A stretch of DNA of 64,000 nt from a bacterium (GTDB taxonomy: Bacteria > UBA8248 > JACPRG01 > G963555815), in assembly GCA_965218795.1 (NCBI GenBank), contig OZ244653.1, forward strand, positions 896,001 to 960,000, given 5' to 3'. Below, one piece after another: positions 41,654-49,583 of this stretch. How positions within the stretch are numbered: position 1 is the first letter of the stretch; each line of letters begins with the position of its first letter. The notes under the pieces are model-generated. The model made no database searches and was not told the DNA's origin. It was given only the letters and a program-made list of their open reading frames with translations. The position numbers and the translations under genes were made by a program.

Positions 41654-44119
41654 ATGGCTGACCCGGCTGCGGCTTCGTCTGAACCCCAACGATGGATCGG
41701 GCGAAGCATTCGCCGAAACGAAGACAAGAGACTGATACAGGGCCGGGGTCAATTCACCGACGACATCAAGCTCCCCGGTATGCATCACGCCGCCGTCTTG
41801 CGGAGCCCCTATCCTCACGCGATCATCAAGTCCATCGAAGTCTCCCGCGCCCTTGAGATGCCGGGCGTGCGCGGCGTCCTCACCTGCGAGGACGTGGGCG
41901 CGATGTCCAACCCGTTCCCCCAGGCGGTGGATAAGCCTTTCAAGTACTACTGCATCGCCGTGGACCGTGTCCGCTATGTGGGCGAAGGGGTGGCGGTCGT
42001 CGTTGCGGAGAACCGGTACCTGGCCGAAGACGCCATGGGCGAAATCCGCGTCGAGTACGAAATCCTGCCCGCCGTTGTGGACATCGAGAAAGCCGCGGCG
42101 GACGACGCCCCTCTCCTGCATCCCGAGGTCGGAAGCAACATCATCAATCAGCGCGAGCTCCGTTACGGAGAGCCGGACAAGGCCTTTGCGGAAGCGGACG
42201 TCACGGTTTCCGAGCGCTTCCACTTCCCCAAGTACTCCTCCGTCCCCATGGAGACCTTCGTCGCCATCGGGGTCTACGAGCCCATTGAGGACGTCATCAC
42301 GATCTATTCCAACTTCCAGGGGCCGTTCACCATGCACCCGGTCTCCGCAGCCGCGCTCCGTATCCCGGAAAACCAGCTGCGATTCATCGTGCCGCCCGAC
42401 ATCGGCGGCGGATTCGGCATCAAATCGAGCATGTTCCCCCAGATGGTGATGGCGGCCCTGGCCGCCAAAAAGACGGGGGTTCCGGTCAAGTACGTCGAAG
42501 ACCGCATGGAGCATCTGATGTCCAGCTCCAGCGGGACCGACCGGGTGACGTACATCGAGGCTGCGGCGAAGAAGGACGGAACCATTCTCGCCATTCGCAA
42601 GAAGACCATGGACAACGTGGGGGGATACCTTCGGAGTCCCGAGCCGGCCTGCACGTACCGAACGACGGGCAACCAGCTTGGCGCCTACGACATCGAGAAC
42701 CTGGCCTGGGATACCTTCGTCGTCCATACCAACAAGAGCCCGACCGGCCCCAACCGCGGCTACGGATGCCAGCAGCTCTATTTCGAGATGGAGAGGGTCG
42801 TCGACCTTCTGGCAGATGAAATCGGGATGGACCCCGCCGAGATTCGCCGAAAGAACCTCGTGCAGAAGGACCAGTTCCCGTACCACACGGCTACCGGCGG
42901 GATCTACGATGCGGGGGATTACGTGGGATGCCTCGACATGGCCCTTGAGATGGGGGACTACGCACAACTCCGCAAGGACCAGGAAGAGGCGCGGAAAAAC
43001 GGGAAGCTTTTCGGCGTCGGGGTGTCGACCGTCGTCGATCCTTCGGTGACGAACATCGCCTACATCACCGTGGCCGACACGCCCGAATTCCGGGGGCGTG
43101 AGGAATACAACGCGAAATCCGGCTCCGGCGAAACGGCCGTCGTCAAGATGGACCCCCTGGGTCATGTCAGCGTAATCATCAACACCGTTCCCGAGGGGCA
43201 GGGCCACGAGACCGTCGTTTCCCAGATCGTCGCCGACGAGTTGACCATCTCGCCCGACGCCGTGCGGGTGGTATCGGGCATGGACACCTTCCAGCGGTTC
43301 TGGAGCATCACCACCGGGACCTATTCCAGCCGCTTCGCGTCCGTCGGGGCCAGCGCGGTCGCCATGGCCTCGCGCAGGGTCAAAGAAAAGCTGATGGCCA
43401 TCGCCTCCCATGAACTCGAGGTCGACGTGAAGGACCTGGAACTGTCGGGAGGCGCCGTCCGGACCCGAAGCGCGCCCGAGCGCAAGGTCTCCATCCGGCG
43501 TCTCGCCGGGACGGCTCACTGGAACCAGGGCGCCCTGCCGGAGGGCATGGAACCCGGCATCCAGGGGACTTACACGTACAACTTCCCCACCTCCAAGGCC
43601 CCCGACGACAAGGACCGGGTGGACTCTTCCGCCACGTACGGATTCATCGCCGACCTGGCGGCCGTTGAAATCGACCCGGCCACCGGGCAGACCGAGATCA
43701 AGAAGTACGTCACGGTCCATGATTGCGGAAAGGTGATCCATCCGAAAATCGTCGAAGGGCAGGTACACGGAAGCTTCCTGCACGGTCTGGGCGGCGCCTT
43801 TTTCGAGGACATGGCCTATGACGAGAGCGGGCAGTACCTGGCCGGGTCGTTCATCGATTACATGTGCCCGACGGCCGCCGAAATGCCCGACCTCGATGTG
43901 GGACACATGGAGATTCCCTCGCCGGTGACGGTCCTTGGCTCCAAGGGCTGCGGGGAGTCGTGCACGATGAGCGTTCCCGCCTGCCTGGCAAACGCCGTGG
44001 CCGACGCGCTGAACCCCCTGGGGGCGACCGTCACACGCCTCCCCCTCAAACCCGGCGATATCTGGCAGCTCATCCAGGATGCCAACGGAGCCGCGGGCAG
44101 AGACGGAGGCGGCGAATGA
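41654..44119 (+). CDS. hmfA: 2-furoyl-CoA dehydrogenase-like Mo large subunit
   Basis: GGGFGIK, TDRVT, R.PEPA, TNKSPTGPNRG, QLYF, GQGHET, YSSRFA, YGFIAD, KGCGE. Confidence 0.82.
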   Translation: MADPAAASSEPQRWIGRSIRRNEDKRLIQGRGQFTDDIKLPGMHHAAVLRSPYPHAIIKSIEVSRALEMPGVRGVLTCEDVGAMSNPFPQAVDKPFKYYCIAVDRVRYVGEGVAVVVAENRYLAEDAMGEIRVEYEILPAVVDIEKAAADDAPLLHPEVGSNIINQRELRYGEPDKAFAEADVTVSERFHFPKYSSVPMETFVAIGVYEPIEDVITIYSNFQGPFTMHPVSAAALRIPENQLRFIVPPDIGGGFGIKSSMFPQMVMAALAAKKTGVPVKYVEDRMEHLMSSSSGTDRVTYIEAAAKKDGTILAIRKKTMDNVGGYLRSPEPACTYRTTGNQLGAYDIENLAWDTFVVHTNKSPTGPNRGYGCQQLYFEMERVVDLLADEIGMDPAEIRRKNLVQKDQFPYHTATGGIYDAGDYVGCLDMALEMGDYAQLRKDQEEARKNGKLFGVGVSTVVDPSVTNIAYITVADTPEFRGREEYNAKSGSGETAVVKMDPLGHVSVIINTVPEGQGHETVVSQIVADELTISPDAVRVVSGMDTFQRFWSITTGTYSSRFASVGASAVAMASRRVKEKLMAIASHELEVDVKDLELSGGAVRTRSAPERKVSIRRLAGTAHWNQGALPEGMEPGIQGTYTYNFPTSKAPDDKDRVDSSATYGFIADLAAVEIDPATGQTEIKKYVTVHDCGKVIHPKIVEGQVHGSFLHGLGGAFFEDMAYDESGQYLAGSFIDYMCPTAAEMPDLDVGHMEIPSPVTVLGSKGCGESCTMSVPACLANAVADALNPLGATVTRLPLKPGDIWQLIQDANGAAGRDGGGE

Positions 44120-44991
44120 AGCCTCCGGTATTCGAATACATCAAGGCCGACAGCGTCGAAGCCATCCTGGCAGCACTCGGCGAGCACGGGGACGACGCAA
44201 AGATTCTAGCGGGCGGTCAAAGCCTCGTGCCCATGATGAACTTCCGAATCGCCGAACCCGCGGTGCTGGTGGACATCAATCCCGTGACGGCTCTTGATTA
44301 CATCCGGGTCGAAAACGGCGCCCTCTGCATCGGTGCCCGAACGCGCCAGCGGGCTCTCGAGCGTTCGCCGGAGGTCAAGGAGAGGTGTCCAATCCTCGCC
44401 GAGGCGACGAAGTGGATCGGCCATACGCAGATTCGCAACCGGGGGACGGTCGGAGGCAGTCTGGTTCATGGCGACCCCACGGCCGAGCTGGCCCTGATCG
44501 CGACGCTTCTGGACGCGGAGTTGATCGTCCGGGGACGAGAGAGCACCCGGACCGCATCGCCAGCCGATTTCTTCGAAAGCTTCATGACGACGGACATCGC
44601 CCCGGACGAACTCCTCACCGAGGTCAGGGTTCCGGCGAGTCCCGTGAACTCTGGCTTCAGCTTCCAGGAGCTTTGCATCCGGCACGGCGATTTCGCCGTC
44701 GTGGCCGCGGCGGCTCTGATCACGACAGACGGGAAAGGGAACTGCGCGGAGGCACGCGTTGCGGTCGCGGGCGCCGGCCCCTCCCCGCTCCGCCTTTCAG
44801 GTGCTGAAATGGTGCTGACGGGCGGCGACGGCAAAGCGGAGAACCTTGACGCCGCGGCGGAAACGGTTCCCGGAGAAGTGGATCCCATTCCCGACCTCAA
44901 GGGAAACGAAGCGTATCGGCGGGCCATGGCGAAGGTCTTTGTCCGCCGGGCCCTGGAAGACGCCTGGGGCATGGCGAGGGAGAACGGCTGA
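44116..44991 (+). CDS. hmfB: FAD-binding subunit (HmfB/CoxM family)
   Basis: MKPPVFEY, AGGQSL, GHTQIRNRGTVGGS, RHGDFA. Confidence 0.82.
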   Translation: MKPPVFEYIKADSVEAILAALGEHGDDAKILAGGQSLVPMMNFRIAEPAVLVDINPVTALDYIRVENGALCIGARTRQRALERSPEVKERCPILAEATKWIGHTQIRNRGTVGGSLVHGDPTAELALIATLLDAELIVRGRESTRTASPADFFESFMTTDIAPDELLTEVRVPASPVNSGFSFQELCIRHGDFAVVAAAALITTDGKGNCAEARVAVAGAGPSPLRLSGAEMVLTGGDGKAENLDAAAETVPGEVDPIPDLKGNEAYRRAMAKVFVRRALEDAWGMARENG

Positions 44992-44992
44992 G

Positions 44993-45478
44993 ATGGCCGA
45001 GACGGTTCCCATCAAGATCCGGGTCAACGGCGTCGAGCATGATCGGCGGGTCGAGCCCCGTCTCCTGCTTTCCGATTTCCTGCGCGAGGACCTGGGCCTG
45101 ACCGGTACCCACGTCGGGTGCGAGCACGGCATCTGCGGCTGCTGCACGGTCATGGTCCAGGGGGAGACGATGCGCTCCTGCCTGATGTTCGCCGTGCAGG
45201 CTGACGGCCTCGAGATGACAACTGTCGAAGGGCTGGCCAAAAACGGCGACCTTCATCCGATCCAGGAGGCGTTTTGGGAGCATCACGGCCTTCAGTGCGG
45301 CTTCTGCACGCCCGGTATGATGTTTTGCGCGATCGAGCTGTTGAACGAGACGAAGGACCCGACCGACCGGGACATCCGGGAGGGGATCTCCGGGACCATC
45401 TGCAGGTGCACCGGGTATCTTCACATTATCGAAGCAGTAAAGTCGGCCGCCGCGAAGATGTCGGGTCACAACAAGTAG
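44993..45478 (+). CDS. hmfC: 2Fe-2S subunit (HmfC/CoxS family)
   Basis: GCEHGICGCC, QCGFCTPG, CRCTGY. Confidence 0.82.
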   Translation: MAETVPIKIRVNGVEHDRRVEPRLLLSDFLREDLGLTGTHVGCEHGICGCCTVMVQGETMRSCLMFAVQADGLEMTTVEGLAKNGDLHPIQEAFWEHHGLQCGFCTPGMMFCAIELLNETKDPTDRDIREGISGTICRCTGYLHIIEAVKSAAAKMSGHNK

Positions 45479-45490
45479 GGAGTGGGTATC

Positions 45491-46834
45491 GTGAGTCAGG
45501 TGAAATTCGAAGACCTTTACCTCGATCCGGATATCGAAACCGCCTCCCGCGGGACCATGCGGGGGATCCAGAGAAAAAAGTTCCTGGAGCAGGTCCGCCA
45601 CGCCTACGACAACTCGCCCTTTTACCGGAAGAAGTTCGACCAGGCCGGCGTAACACCGGACGATATCCGGTCGCTGGACGATATCCGCAAGCTCCCCTTT
45701 ACGACCAAGGATGAGCTCAAGGCCGATCAGGCTGAGAATCCGCCCTGGGGGACCCTTCTCGCCGTTCCGTTCGAGGAGTGCCACCGCATCCATTCGACCT
45801 CGGCCACCACCGGCCGCCCCGTCATGTACCTGGACACCGTCGAGGACTGGTACGGTTTTTACCGGAGCTACGCCAGGGGCCTGTACGGGATGGGCATCCG
45901 AAAATCCGACATGGTAATGTGCGCGTTCAGCTACGGGCCGTGGATCGGTTTTTGGTCGGGGTTTTACGCGGCGCAGGAGCTGGGGTGCCTTCTGTTCCCC
46001 GCGGGCGGCTTCACGACCGAGCAGCGCATCGACGCCCTGTTGACCTACCCCATTACCGTCCTTGGGTGCACGCCTTCCTATGCCCTGTACGTGGCCGAGT
46101 CGGCCAAGAAGCGCGGGATTGATCTCGCCAAGGAATCACAGATTCGTATCACTTGGCATACCGGAGAACCCGGGGCGAGCATCCCGGCGACCAAGGAGAA
46201 AATCGAGGATGCCTTCGGGGCCGATGTCTTCGACCTGCCCGGCCTGACGGAGCTTGCCGCGTGGGGGTTCTCCTGCACCGAGCATTCGGGAATCTCCCAC
46301 GTCCATGAGGATTATTGCTACCCGGAAGTGCTGGATCTCGAAACCGGAGAGCCCGTGGGACCCGGCGGCGAAGGCGAGCTGGTCTTCACGAGCCTGTACC
46401 GCAAGGCCATGCCGCTGATCCGCTACCGCACGCGGGACCTCATCAAGATCGTTGACCGGCAGTGCCCCTGCGGCCGCACGCTCTTCTCGGTGGAAGGCGG
46501 GGTCCTGGGGCGGCTCGACGACATGAAAAAGATCCGCGGCGTGATCGTCTACCCCAAGCGCATCGAGGAAATCGTCCGGACCTTCCCGGAGATGGACGAG
46601 TTCATGGTCTATCTCCGCCGCAAGGAGGGCCTGGATGAGATCAGCGTCGAAGTGGACCCATCGCCCGACATCCCGAAGGAAGGCTATCCCGGCCTGCAAG
46701 AGAAAATAGCGTCGGAATTGCGGCTGGGCCTGGGCATCCGCGTGAGCGTGGAGATCGTCGACTCCGGCTCCCTCCCCCGCTGGGATCACAAGGCCCGGCG
46801 CGTGAAGGACGAGCGGGAGGAAGTGCCGTTCTGA
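45491..46834 (+). CDS. Phenylacetate--CoA ligase (PaaK) family protein
   Basis: LPFTTKDEL, STSATTGRP, TGEPG, PLIRYRTRD, GRLDDM..IRGV.VYP. Alternative GTG at 45482. Confidence 0.9.
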   Translation: MSQVKFEDLYLDPDIETASRGTMRGIQRKKFLEQVRHAYDNSPFYRKKFDQAGVTPDDIRSLDDIRKLPFTTKDELKADQAENPPWGTLLAVPFEECHRIHSTSATTGRPVMYLDTVEDWYGFYRSYARGLYGMGIRKSDMVMCAFSYGPWIGFWSGFYAAQELGCLLFPAGGFTTEQRIDALLTYPITVLGCTPSYALYVAESAKKRGIDLAKESQIRITWHTGEPGASIPATKEKIEDAFGADVFDLPGLTELAAWGFSCTEHSGISHVHEDYCYPEVLDLETGEPVGPGGEGELVFTSLYRKAMPLIRYRTRDLIKIVDRQCPCGRTLFSVEGGVLGRLDDMKKIRGVIVYPKRIEEIVRTFPEMDEFMVYLRRKEGLDEISVEVDPSPDIPKEGYPGLQEKIASELRLGLGIRVSVEIVDSGSLPRWDHKARRVKDEREEVPF

Positions 46835-47091
46835 GAACGGGCATTTCATGATCACGGCGGGTCGGATGCCCGTCTGTCTGAGTTCTCCTCAGTGTAAGCG
46901 GACGATAAAAAATGATGGAGCTCCTTTCCAGAAGCAAAGTGCCTTCGCCTTTTCGCGACGCCTGTTCGGCGCTGCAGCCGGGCTGGCCGATGGGAGTGAA
47001 GCGGGAGCATTCCGCAGGAATGCGCGAATCAGGACAAAAAAGCCCTCGTTCCGTGCTGACTGACCGGCGCTCAGCGGGCTCACCCGCACCG

Positions 47092-47120
47092 TGACAGGCC
47101 GGGCAAGAGCCCGGCCGTCA
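47092..47120. other. GC-rich intergenic hairpin
   Basis: TGAC-a-GGCCGGGC-AAGA-GCCCGGCC-GTCA. Confidence 0.4.
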
Positions 47121-47326
47121 AAGGTTTCCAAGGGGGGTCTGAAAGGACAGTTTTTACAATGTCCTCCAGATTGAATCCCCAAAAACAAGGGATCACTGAG
47201 CCGCCCGTGTCTTGACAATCAGAGAGAGCCTTTTCATGCGATGATCTCACAGACCTACTGGGAGGGCACAACGCCCTCCTCGATATTTTTTTGAGGATTG
47301 ATTCGATCCAATCGGGAGTGTTCCCA

Positions 47327-48355
47327 ATGAAAGCCGCCATCTTTCACGAGCACGGGGGGCCTGAGAAGCTCCTTTACGAGGACTACGATCCCCCCGCGAC
47401 TGGACCGGGCGACGTCATCGTCCAGGTCAAGGCCTGCGGGATGAACCACGTCGACCTGCTCCTCCTCGACGGCCGATACCCGCCGCCGGGCGGCCTGCCG
47501 CACATCAACGGCTGCGAGGTGGTGGGGCTGATCTCCGAGGCGGGTGACGGCGTTACAAACGTCAAAGCAGGAGACCGGGTGATCGTCTTTCCCGGCTTTT
47601 CGTGCGGGAAGTGCGAGTACTGCCTGAAGGGCGAGCGCACGGTCTGCCTGAAATACGGTTACCTGGGCGCGGCGCGCCACGGCGGGTACGCGGAGCTCGT
47701 CAAGGTTCCGGCCGAGAACTGCGTCCCCCTGACCGAAAAAATATCGGACGCGGACGGCGCGGCCATCCCCCTCGCCTTCCTGACTTCCTGGCACGCCCTC
47801 TTCGCCCAGGCCGGGCTCGCGCCCGGGGAATGGGTTCTGGCCCAGGCGGGCGGCAGCGGCGTGGGCAGCTCGGCCATCCAGATCGCCAAGCTGGTCGGGG
47901 CCCGCGTGATCACTACCGTCGGGTCGGACGAGAAGGCCGAGTTCGCCCGCTCCATCGGCGCGGACCACGTCATCAACTACAAGACGCAGGATTTCGTGAA
48001 AGAGACCCGGCGGATCACAGGCAAGCGCGGCGTGGACGTCCTCATCGAGCACATCGGGGACGAAACGTTCGAGAAGAGCATCTACTGCCTGAACCGGATG
48101 GGCCGGCTGGTGAGCGTGGGTTCGCACGGCAATCACTGGGCCCGGATGGACCTGCGGCATGTCTACATGAAGAACCTTCGGATCTTCGGGACCAACCTGG
48201 GGAGCATCCTCGAGCTCAGGACGATTCTGGAATACCTGGAATCCGGTCAGCTCAAAGCCGTCGTGGACACCCGCATCCCCCTTTCAGACGCCCGGGACGC
48301 TGTCCAGTACCTGATCGAGCGCAAGAACAAAGGGAAGGTGATTCTGGTTCCGTAA
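47327..48355 (+). CDS. MDR-family (quinone-reductase-like) oxidoreductase with structural Zn site
   Basis: CGKCEYC..C structural Zn, AGGSGVGS, GKVIL; catalytic Zn Cys replaced (MNHVD). Confidence 0.9.
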   Translation: MKAAIFHEHGGPEKLLYEDYDPPATGPGDVIVQVKACGMNHVDLLLLDGRYPPPGGLPHINGCEVVGLISEAGDGVTNVKAGDRVIVFPGFSCGKCEYCLKGERTVCLKYGYLGAARHGGYAELVKVPAENCVPLTEKISDADGAAIPLAFLTSWHALFAQAGLAPGEWVLAQAGGSGVGSSAIQIAKLVGARVITTVGSDEKAEFARSIGADHVINYKTQDFVKETRRITGKRGVDVLIEHIGDETFEKSIYCLNRMGRLVSVGSHGNHWARMDLRHVYMKNLRIFGTNLGSILELRTILEYLESGQLKAVVDTRIPLSDARDAVQYLIERKNKGKVILVP

Positions 48356-48728
48356 CCCCGACTCGACCCGGCAACTCAGATATACAACCCGTTTTCCCGC
48401 TCGGGTACTCACGCTTCAGATAGGGAAGACTATCCCATGACAATCACCTGGAGGTAGACTTTCTCGTCCCCGCCGCCGGTTGTCCCAATCCGTCGGGCCG
48501 TACCGCCGTTCGCACATCCAAGCACCCGAAGTGCTTTTGAGAAAACTCAGATGGCCTTGCTTCGCAGGAGAGAAACATCTTGCTTTACAATCTGTTATGT
48601 GACTCGCACCCTAACCGCTTCGTCTCCTTCCAAACCTCGAACCCGTTGCGCTTTCAGGACACCGCCTCAGCCCAAATGGTCCCCGATCAGCAAACGTTCC
48701 ACAAGGCGGTCGATTGTTCAAACGGCGA

Positions 48729-48798
48729 TTATACCCTTGACGCACCCGGCCACTAGATGTAGGATTTCAGCCCACGAAGGCCAGATCACAAGATGTAG
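48729..48798 (+). repeat. Left copy of ~70-bp inverted repeat: promoter TTGACG-N17-TAGGAT plus two NrdR-box-like motifs
   Basis: TTATACCCTTGACGCACC...CACTAGATGTAG...CACAAGATGTAG; matches the reverse complement of 49420-49487 (17/18 at the start, last 12 nt identical). Confidence 0.75.
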
Positions 48799-48856
48799 CG
48801 ATTGACAAGCCAGCCTCCCCTGCCTGAAACTGAAGCCTCCTTTTCACATTCTTTGA

Positions 48857-48932
48857 TGGAGCCCCGGAGGGGATTCGAACCGAGACCTCGTACCTTGCAG
48901 GGGACGCGGTCTTGCCGTTTGACCACGGGGGC
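48857..48932 (-). tRNA. Non-canonical or degenerate tRNA-Cys(GCA)-like gene
   Basis: 76 nt: GCCCCCG-TG-GTCAAACGGCAAGAC-CGCGTCCC-CTGCAAG-GTACG-AGGT-CTCGG-TTCGAAT-CCCCT-CCGGGGC-T-CCA. It has U8, D-loop GG, TTCGAAT, U73 and CCA, but the T-stem pairs at only 2 of 5 positions and the anticodon stem is irregular. Confidence 0.7.
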
Positions 48933-48936
48933 TCCG

Positions 48937-49248
48937 TCAAGTAACTTCGAAGTAAAAATTACATTTAGAAGTGATTTTCTCCATTCTCGGTTTCCCTTTG
49001 ACAGGTTCGAATTCACTTTCAATCCCGTCAATTTCGATAGAGATCCATGGTGACTTCTCAATGGCTGCGTCTAGGTCCGCCTTTTTCCATTCACGAAGCA
49101 TCTCTTTCAGCATTAGCTTGACTTCATCCTTCCCTGCAACCGATATTTTGCACGTAGTACAATACAAACGAATTATCTTACCCTCCGGTTTATCCACATT
49201 CACTTTGAAGCGGCAATGTCCACAAAATATCCGATCAATCAGGCTCAT
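48937..49248 (-). CDS. Small hypothetical zinc-ribbon protein (CxxC-17-CxxC), AT-rich
   Basis: AGGAG RBS 7 nt before ATG; CGHC and CTTC; composition unlike the flanking genes. Confidence 0.7.
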   Translation of the reverse strand: MSLIDRIFCGHCRFKVNVDKPEGKIIRLYCTTCKISVAGKDEVKLMLKEMLREWKKADLDAAIEKSPWISIEIDGIESEFEPVKGKPRMEKITSKCNFYFEVT

Positions 49249-49276
49249 TTTGCGCTCCTAGGACGCACCTATCCTG

Positions 49277-49305
49277 TTGACATGGGTGGTGGGATTTGCT
49301 AAAAG
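49277..49305 (+). promoter_or_regulatory. Candidate sigma70 promoter firing antisense to the islet leader
   Basis: TTGACA-N17-TAAAAG with TG extension. Confidence 0.45.
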
Positions 49306-49419
49306 GAGGGTGCCAACCCGTTCCTCACAGCAACCCCCCAAGGTTCCCTTGGGGTTCCAGCCCTACGAGATTCAACCTACACCCAATGACGGGAAGTGGT
49401 CAAGCGTTTGGTGGCTGAT

Positions 49420-49487
49420 CTACATCTTGTGGTCAGCCGATATGAGGGCGGGATCTACATATGGGGGCTGGTGCGTCAAGTGTATAA
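49420..49487 (-). repeat. Right copy of ~70-bp inverted repeat (TTGACG promoter plus two NrdR-box-like motifs)
   Basis: Minus strand TTATACACTTGACGCACC...CCCATATGTAG...CACAAGATGTAG. Confidence 0.75.
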
Positions 49488-49583
49488 CTCCGATTTGTTT
49501 CCCCCTCCCCGTATGCTACAACTGAGCAGTCTCGATTTACGCTTTTTATCATTGTACGAACCAGTCGTGGGGGGAGTGCGGCC

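Noticed and set aside
41555-43906. 783-aa minus-strand ORF (similarly 25819..27795, 16324..17862, 19593..20996, 10891..12003, 1884..3080)
   Set aside because: Antisense shadows of well-supported genes; expected at high GC and lacking motifs.
48729-49487. Conventional IS or MITE interpretation of the inverted repeats
   Set aside because: The repeats are diverged and promoter-like; I see no target-site duplication or transposase.
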